The notes under the pieces: model-generated
Seen by the model: the letters and a program-made list of their open reading frames with translations, nothing else
Databases searched by the model: none
What the model was told of the DNA's origin: nothing
Source of the DNA: Eledone cirrhosa
Taxonomy: Eukaryota
Length of the DNA stretch: 64,000 nt
Assembly: GCA_964016885.1 (NCBI GenBank)
Contig: OZ024740.1
Span: forward strand, 251,472,001 to 251,536,000
Reading direction: 5' to 3'
Program-made: the position numbers and the translations under genes
Part shown: positions 1 to 8,800 of the stretch, piece by piece
Layout: every line of letters starts with the position of its first letter
Position numbering within the stretch: position 1 is the stretch's first letter

Positions 1-710
1 TCTTCCCTTGGACGGCTGGAAATTATCTCCCCTTGATTTTTTTTACAAATTATCTCCCCCTGATTTTTTTTTACAAATTATCTCCCCCTGATTTTTTTTA
101 CAAATTATCTACCCCTGATTTTTTTTACAAATTATCTCCCCCTGATTTTTTTTTACAAATTATCTCCCTCTGATTTTTTTTTACAAATTATCTCCCCCTG
201 ATTTTTTTTTTACAAATTATCTCCCCCTGATTTTTTTACAAATTATCTCCCCCTGATTTTTTTTACAATCTCCGCCTGATTTTTTAAAAAATTATCTTCC
301 CTTGGCTGGCGGGAAATTATCTCCCCTTGGACGGCTGGAAATTATCTCCCCTTGGACGGCTAGAAATTATCTCTCTTTGGACGGCTGCAAATTATCTCCC
401 CTTGATTTTTTTTACAAATTATCTCCCCCTGATTTTTTTACAAATTATCCCCGCATGATTTTTAAAAAAAAAATTATCTCCCCTTCGCTGGCTGGAAATT
501 ATCTCCCCTTGGACGCTGGAAATTATAGCCCCTTGGAGGGCTGGAAATTATCTTCCCTTGGACGGCTGGAAATTATCTCCCCTTGATTTTTTTTACAAAT
601 TATCTCCCCCTGATTTTTTTTTACAAATTATCTCCCCCTGATTTTTTTTTACAAATTATCTCCCCCTGATTTTTTTTTTTACAAATTATCTCCGCCTGAT
701 TTTTAAAAAA

Positions 711-835
711 AAATTATCTCCCCTTGGACGGCTGGAAATTATCTCCCCTTGGACGGCTGGAAATTATCTCCCCTTGGACGGCTAGAAATTACCTCTCCTT
801 GGACGGCTGAAAATTATCTCCCCTTGGACGGCTGC
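711..835 (+). repeat. Example A-block: five 25-bp monomers AAATTATCTCCCCTTGGACGGCTGG with ordered end variants CTGG, CTGG, CTAG, CTGA, CTGC
   Basis: Read directly. The same ordered block recurs at ~2217, ~3706, ~18693, ~19453, ~25565, ~28726, ~38601, ~41762, ~51940 and ~53611 (ORFs starting MDGWKLSPLGRLEITSPWTAENYLPLDGCKL). Confidence 0.95.
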
Positions 836-1275
836 AAATTATCTCCCCTTGATTTTTTTTACAAATTATCTCCCCCTGATTTTTTTTACAAATTATCTCC
901 CCCTGATTTTTTTTACAAATTATCTCCCCCTGATTTTTTTTTACAAATTATCTCCCCCTGATTTTTTTTTACAAATTATCTCCCCCTGATTTTTTTTACA
1001 AATTATCTCCCCCTGATTTTTTTTACAAATTATCTCCCCCTGATTTTTTTTTACAAATTATCTCCCCTTGATTTTTTTTTACAAATTATCTCCCCCTGAT
1101 TTTTTTTTTACAAATTATCTCCCCCTGATTTTTTTACAAATTATCTCCCCCTGATTTTTTTTACAAATTATCTCCCCCTGATTTTTTTTACAAATTATCT
1201 CCCCTTGATTTTTTTCTACAAATTATCTCCCCCTGATTTTTTTTTTACAAATTATCTCCTCCTGATTTTTTTAAA
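836..1275 (+). repeat. Example long B-block: 16 monomers AAATTATCTCCCC(C/T)TGA-Tn-AC
   Basis: Read directly. T-run lengths are 8,8,8,9,9,8,8,9,9,10,7,8,8,9,10 (the 14th run has an internal T>C here), followed by a T7A5 junction into the next A-block. Confidence 0.95.
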
Positions 1276-4021
1276 AATTATCTTCCCTTGGCTGGCGGGA
1301 AATTATCTCCCCTTGGACGGCTGGAAATTATCTCCCCTTGGAAGGATGTAAATTATCTCCCCTTGGACGGCTGGAAATTATCTCCCCTTGCACGGCTGGA
1401 AATTATCTCCCCTTGATTTTTTTTACAAATTATCTCCCCCTGATTTTTTTTTACAAATTATCTCCCCCTGATTTTTTTTTACAAATTATCTCCCCCTGAT
1501 TTTTTTTACAAATTATCTCCCCCTGATTTAAAAAAAAAAAATTATCTCCCCTTCGCTGGCTGGAAATTATCTCCCCTTGGACGCTGGAAATTATAGCCCC
1601 TTGGAGGGCTGGAAATTATCTTCCCTTGGACGGCTGGAAATTATCTTCCCTTGGACGGCTGGAAATTATCTCCCCTTGATTTTTTTTACAAATTATCTCC
1701 CCCTGATTTTTTTTTACAAATTATCTCCCCCTGATTTTTTTTACAAATTATCTCCCCCTGATTTTTTTTACAATCTCCGCCTGATTTTTTAAAAAATTAT
1801 CTTCCCTTGGCTGGCGGGAAATTATCTCCCCTTGGACGGCTGGAAATTATCTCCCCTTGGACGGCTAGAAATTATCTCTCTTTGGACGGCTGGAAATTAT
1901 CTCCCCTTGATTTTTTTTACAAATTATCTCCCCCTGATTTTTTTTACAAATTATCCCCGCATGATTTTTAAAAAAAAAATTATCTCCCCTTCGCTGGCTG
2001 GAAATTATCTCCCCTTGGACGCTGGAAATTATAGCCCCTTGGAGGGCTGGAAATTATCTTCCCTTGGACGGCTGGAAATTATCTCCCCTTAATTTTTTTT
2101 ACAAATTATCTCCCCCTGATTTTTTTTTACAAATTATCTCCCCCTGATTTTTTTTTACAAATTATCTCCCCCTGATTTTTTTTTTTACAAATTATCTCCG
2201 CCTGATTTTTAAAAAAAAATTATCTCCCCTTGGACGGCTGGAAATTATCTCCCCTTGGACGGCTGGAAATTATCTCCCCTTGGACGGCTAGAAATTACCT
2301 CTCCTTGGACGGCTGAAAATTATCTCCCCTTGGACGGCTGCAAATTATCTCCCCTTGATTTTTTTTACAAATTATCTCCCCCTGATTTTTTTTACAAATT
2401 ATCTCCCCCTGATTTTTTTTACAAATTATCTCCCCCTGATTTTTTTTTACAAATTATCTCCCCCTGATTTTTTTTTACAAATTATCTCCCCCTGATTTTT
2501 TTTACAAATTATCTCCCCCTGATTTTTTTTACAAATTATCTCCCCCTGATTTTTTTTTACAAATTATCTCCCCTTGATTTTTTTTTACAAATTATCTGCC
2601 CCTGATTTTTTTTTTACAAATTATCTCCCCCTGATTTTTTTACAAATTATCTCCCCCTGATTTTTTTTACAAATTATCTCCCCCTGATTTTTTTTACAAA
2701 TCATCTCCCCTTGATTTTTTTTTACAAATTATCTCCCCTTGATTTTTTTTTACAAATTATCTCCCCCTGATTTTTTTTTTACAAATTATCTCCCCCTGAT
2801 TTTTTTAAAAATTATCTTCCCTTGGCTGGCGGGAAATTATCTCCCCTTGGACGGCTGGAAATTATCTCCCCTTGGAAGGATGTAAATTATCTCCCCTTGG
2901 ACGGCTGGAAATTATCTCCCCTTGCACGGCTGGAAATTATCTCCCCTTGATTTTTTTTACAAATTATCTCCCCCTGATTTTTTTTTACAAATTATCTCCC
3001 CCTGATTTTTTTTTACAAATTATCTCCCCCTGATTTTTTTTACAAATTATCTCCCCCTGATTTTTAAAAAAAAAATTATCTCCCCTTCGCTGGCTGGAAA
3101 TTATCTCCCCTTGGACGCTGGAAATTATAGCCCCTTGGAGGGCTGGAAATTATCTTCCCTTGGACGGCTGGAAATTATCTTCCCTTGGACGGCTGGAAAT
3201 TATCTCCCCTTGATTTTTTTTACAAATTATCTCCCCCTGATTTTTTTTTACAAATTATCTCCCCCTGATTTTTTTTACAAATTATCTACCCCTGATTTTT
3301 TTTACAAATTATCTCCCCCTGATTTTTTTTTACAAATTATCTCCCTCTGATTTTTTTTTACAAATTATCTCCCCCTGATTTTTTTTTTACAAATTATCTC
3401 CCCCTGATTTTTTTACAAATTATCTCCCCCTGATTTTTTTTACAATCTCCGCCTGATTTTTTAAAAAATTATCTCCCCTTCGCTGGCTGGAAATTATCTC
3501 CCCTTGGACGCTGGAAATTATAGCCCCTTGGAGGGCTGGAAATTATCTTCCTTTGGACGGCTGGAAATTATCTCCCCTTGATTTTTTTTACAAATTATCT
3601 CCCCCTGATTTTTTTTTACAAATTATCTCCCCCTGATTTTTTTTTACAAATTATCTCCCCCTGATTTTTTTTTTTACAAATTATCTCCGCCTGATTTTTA
3701 AAAAAAAATTATCTCCCCTTGGACGGCTGGAAATTATCTCCCCTTGGACGGCTGGAAATTATCTCCCCTTGGACGGCTAGAAATTACCTCTCCTTGGACG
3801 GCTGAAAATTATCTCCCCTTGGACGGCTGCAAATTATCTCCCCTTGATTTTTTTTACAAATTATCTCCCCCTGATTTTTTTTACAAATTATCTCCCCCTG
3901 ATTTTTTTTACAAATTATCTCCCCCTGATTTTTTTTTACAAATTATCTCCCCCTGATTTTTTTTTACAAATTATCTCCCCCTGATTTTTTTTACAAATTA
4001 TCTCCCCCTGATTTTTTTTAC

Positions 4022-5880
4022 AAATTATCTCCCCCTGATTTTTTTTTACAAATTATCTCCCCTTGATTTTTTTTTACAAATTATCTCCCCCTGATTTTTT
4101 TTTTACAAATTATCTCCCCCTGATTTTTTTACAAATTATCTCCCCCTGATTTTTTTTACAAATTATCTCCCCCTGATTTTTTTTACAAATTATCTCCCCT
4201 TGATTTTTTTTTACAAATTATCTCCCCCTGATTTTTTTTTTACAAATTATCTCCCCCTGATTTTTTTAAAAATTATCTTCCCTTGGCTGGCGGGAAATTA
4301 TCTCCCCTTGGACGGCTGGAAATTATCTCCCCTTGGAAGGATGTAAATTATCTCCCCTTGGACGGCTGGAAATTATCTCCCCTTGCACGGCTGGAAATTA
4401 TCTCCCCTTGATTTTTTTTACAAATTATCTCCCCCTGATTTTTTTTTACAAATTATCTCCCCCTGATTTTTTTTTACAAATTATCTCCCCCTGATTTTTT
4501 TTACAAATTATCTCCCCCTGATTTAAAAAAAAAAAATTATCTCCCCTTCGCTGGCTGGAAATTATCTCCCCTTGGACGCTGGAAATTATAGCCCCTTGGA
4601 GGGCTGGAAATTATCTTCCCTTGGACGGCTGGAAATTATCTTCCCTTGGACGGCTGGAAATTATCTCCCCTTGATTTTTTTTACAAATTATCTCCCCCTG
4701 ATTTTTTTTTACAAATTATCTCCCCCTGATTTTTTTTTACAAATTATCTCCCCCTGATTTTTTTTTTACAAATTATCTCCGCTTGATTTTTTTAAAAAAA
4801 TTATCTCCCCTTGGACGGTTGGAAATTATCTCCCCTTGGACGGCTAGAAATTATCTCTCCTTGGACGGCTGAAAATTATCTCCCCTTGGACGGCTGCAAA
4901 TTATCTCCCCTTGATTTTTTTTACAAATTATCTCCCCCTGATTTTTTTTTACAAATTATCTCCCCCTGATTTTTTTTTACAAATTATCTCCCCTTGATTT
5001 TTTTTTACAAATTATCTCCCCCTGATTTTTTTTTTACAAATTATCTCCCCCTGATTTTTTTACAAATTATCTCCCCCTGATTTTTTTTACAAATTATCTC
5101 CCCCTGATTTTTTTTACAAATTATCTCCCCTTGATTTTTTTTTACAAATTATCTCCCCCTGATTTTTTTTTTACAAATTATCTCCCCCTGATTTTTTTAA
5201 AAATTATCTTCCCTAGGCTGGCGGGAAATTATCTCCCCTTGGACGGCTGGAAATTATCTCCCCTTGGAAGGATGTAAATTATCTCCCCTTGGACGGCTGG
5301 AAATTATCTCCCCTTGCACGGCTGGAAATTATCTCCCCTTGATTTTTTTTACAAATTATCTCCCCCTGATTTTTTTTTACAAATTATCTCCCCCTGATTT
5401 TTTTTTACAAATTATCTCCCCCTGATTTTTTTTACAAATTATCTCCCCCTGATTTTAAAAAAAAAAATTATCTCCCGTTCGCTGGCTGGAAATTATCTCC
5501 CCTTGGACGCTGGAAATTATAGCCCCTTGGAGGGCTGGAAATTATCTTCCCTTGGACGGCTGGAAATTATCTTCCCTTGGACGGCTGGAAATTATCTCCC
5601 CTTGATTTTTTTTTCCAAATTATCTCCCCCTGATTTTTTTTTACAAATTATCTCCCCCTGATTTTTTTTTACAAATTATCTCCCCCTGATTTTTTTTTTA
5701 CAAATTATCTCCGCTTGATTTTTTAAAAAAAATTATCTCCCCTTGGACGGCTGGAAATTATCTCCCCTTGGACGGCTGGAAATTATCTCCCCTTGGACGG
5801 CTAGAAATTATCTCTCCTTGGACGGCTGAAAATTATCTCCCCTTGGACGGCTGCAAATTATCTCCCCTTTATTTTTTTTA
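4022..5880 (+). repeat. ~931-bp tandem higher-order duplication
   Basis: The GGAAGGATGTAAA landmark occurs at ~4335 and ~5266, and the TTCGCTGGCTGG block at ~4547 and ~5478 (offset 931). The same pair appears at 29592/30523, 33491/34422, 42628/43559 and 46527/47458 in the ORF track. Confidence 0.85.
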
Positions 5881-8800
5881 CAAATTATCTCCCCCTGATT
5901 TTTTTTTACAAATTATCTCCCCCTCATTTTTTTACAAATTATCTACCCCTGATTTTTTTTACAAATTATCTCCCCCTGATTTTTTTTTACAAATTATCTC
6001 CCTCTGATTTTTTTTACAAATTATCTCCCCCTGATTTTTTTTTTACAAATTATCTCCCCCTGATTTTTTTAAAAATTATCTCCCCCTGATTTTTTTACAA
6101 TCTCCGCCTGATTTTTTTAAAAATTATCTTCCCTTGGCTGGCGGGAAATTATCTCCCCTTGGACGGCTGGAAATTATCTCCCCTTGGAAGGATGGAAATT
6201 ATCTCCCCTTGGACGGCTGGATATTATCTCCCCTTGCACGGCTGGAAATTATCTCCCCTTGGCTGGAAATTATCTCCCCTTGGACGGCTAGAAATTATCT
6301 CTCTTTGGACGGCTGGAAATTATCTCCCTTTGATTTTTTTTACAAATTATCTCCCTCTGATATTTTTTACAAATCTCCCCCTGATTTTTTAAAAAAAATT
6401 ATCTCCCCTTCGCTGGCTGGAAATTATCTCCCCTTGGACACTGGAAATTATAGCCCCTTGGAGGGCTGGAAATTATCTTCCCTTGGACGGCTGGAAATTA
6501 TCTCCCCTTGATTTTTTTTACAAATTATCTCCGCCTGATTTTTTTTAAAAATTATCTCTCCTTGGACGGCTGGAAATTATCTCCCCTTGATTTTTTTTAC
6601 AAATTATCTCCCCCTGATTTTTTTTACAAATTATCTACCACTGATTTTTTTTACAAATTATCTCCCCCTGATTTTTTTTACAAATTATCTCCCCCTGATT
6701 TTTCTTTTACAAATTATCTCCCCCTGATTTTTTTACAAATTATCTCCCCCTGATTTTTTTTACAAATTATCTCCGCCTGATTTTTTTAAATATTATCTTC
6801 CCTTGGCTGGCGGGAAATTATCTCCCCTTGGACGGCTGGAAATTATCTGCCCTTGATTTTGTTTTTACAAATTATCTTCCACTGATTTTTTTTACAAATT
6901 ATCTCCACCTGATTTTTTAAAAAATTATCTCCCCTTGGAAGGCTGGAAATTATCTCCCCTTGGACGGCTAGAAATTATCTCTCTTTGGACGGCTGGAAAT
7001 TATCTCCCCTTGATTTTTTTTACAAATTATCTCCCCCTGATTTTTTTTACAAATATCCCAGTGATTTTTTTTAAAAAATTATCTCCCCTTCGCTGGCTGG
7101 AAATTATCTCCCCTTGGACGCTGGAAATTATAGCCCCTTGGAGGGCTGGAAATTATCTTCCCTTGGACGGCTGGAAATTATCTCCCCTTGATTTTTTTTA
7201 CAAATTATCTCCCCCTGATTTTTTTTTACAAATTATCTCCCCCTGATTTTTTTTTACAAATTATCTCCCCCTGATTTTTTTTACAACTTATCTCCGCCTG
7301 ATTTTTTTTAAAAAATCATCTCCCCTTGGACGGCTGGAAATTATCTCCCCTTGGACGGCTGGAAATTATCTCTCCTTGGACGGCTAGAAATTACCTCTCC
7401 TTGGACAATTGAAAATTATCTCCCCTTGGACGGCTGGAAATTATCTCCCCTTGATTTTTTTTACAAATTATCTCCCCCTGATTTTTTTTACAAATTATCT
7501 CCCCTGATTTTTTTTTACAAATTATCTCCCCCTGATTTTTTTTTACAAATTATCTCCCCCTGATTTTTTTTACAAATTATCTCCCCCTGATTTTTTTACA
7601 AATTATCTCCCCTTGGCTGGCTGGAAATTATCTCCCCTTGGAGGCAGGAATTTATCTCCCCTTGGACGGCTAGAAATTACCTCTCCTTGGACGGCTGGAA
7701 AATATGTCTCCTTGGACGGCTGGAAATTATCTCCCCTTGGACGGCTGGAAATTATCTCCCCTTGGACGGCTGGAAATTATCTCCCCTTGGACGGCTAGAA
7801 ATTACCTCTCCTTGGACGGCTGAAAATTATCTCCCCTTGGACGGCTGGAAATTATCTCCCCTTGATTTTTTTACAAATTATCTCCCCCTGATTTTTTTTT
7901 ACAAATTATCTCCCCCTGATTTTTTTTACAAATTATCTCCCCCTGATTTTTTTTACAAATTATCTCCCCCTGATTTTTTTTACAAATTATCTCCGCCTGA
8001 TTTTTTTTAATATTATCTCTCCTTGGCTGGCGGGAAATTATCTCCCCTTGGACGGCTGCAAATTATCTCCGCTTGATTTTTTTTACAAATTATCTCCCCC
8101 TGATTTTTTTTTACAAATTATCTCCCCCTGATTTTTTTTACAAATTATCTCCCCCTGATTTTTTTTACAAATTATCTCCCCCTGATTTTTTTTTACAAAT
8201 TATCTCCCCTTGATTTTTTTTTACAAATTATCTCCCCCTGATTTTTTTTTTACAAATTATCTCCCCCTGATTTTTTTACAAATTATCTCCCCCTGATTTT
8301 TTTACAAATTATCTCCCCCTGATTTTTTTTACAAATTATCTCCCCTTGATTTTTTTTTACAAATTATCTCCCCCTGATTTTTTTTTTACAAATTATCTCC
8401 CCCTGATTTTTTAAAAAATTATCTTCCCTTGGCTGGCGGGAAATTATCTCCCCTTGGACGGCTGGAAATTATCTCCCCTTGGAAGGATGTAAATTATCTC
8501 CCCTTGGACGGCTGGAAATTATCTCCCCTTGCACGGCTGGAAATTATCTCCCCTTGATTTTTTTTACAAATTATCTCCCCCTGATTTTTTTTTACAAATT
8601 ATCTCCCCCTGATTTTTTTTTACAAATTATCTCCCCCTGATTTTTTTTACAAATTATCTCCCCCTGATTTTTAAAAAAAAAATTATCTCCCCTTCGCTGG
8701 CTGGAAATTATCTCCCCTTGGACGCTGGAAATTATAGCCCCTTGGAGGGCTGGAAATTATCTTCCCTTGGACGGCTGGAAATTATCTTCCCTTGGACGGC

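Larger units (their letters stand above)
302..4760 (+). repeat. Three imperfect tandem ~1.5-kb higher-order units (offsets 1506 and 1489 bp)
   Basis: Identical ORFs at 749, 2255 and 3744. Each unit has the order A5 - long B - GGAAGGATGTAAA/TTGCACGG A-block - B5 - TTCGCTGG A-block. Confidence 0.85.

Noticed and set aside
40-290. Rho-independent terminators or poly(A) retro-tails suggested by T-runs after C-rich sequence
   Set aside because: No GC hairpin precedes the T-runs, there is no upstream gene and no target-site duplication. The runs are an integral part of the B monomer.
729-790. Resemblance of TTGGACGGCTG to TTGG-containing nematode pairing-centre motifs or to plant CCGTCC-type promoter elements, and of GGGAAATTATCTCCC to NF-kB sites
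   Set aside because: These are short, inexact matches expected by chance and the organism is unknown, so no assignment is justified.
836-1275. G-quadruplex / i-motif potential from G4-G5 runs on the minus strand
   Set aside because: The runs are separated by ~21-24 nt, far longer than canonical 1-7 nt loops, and the plus-strand GG doublets would give only weak two-tier structures. Not supportable from sequence alone.
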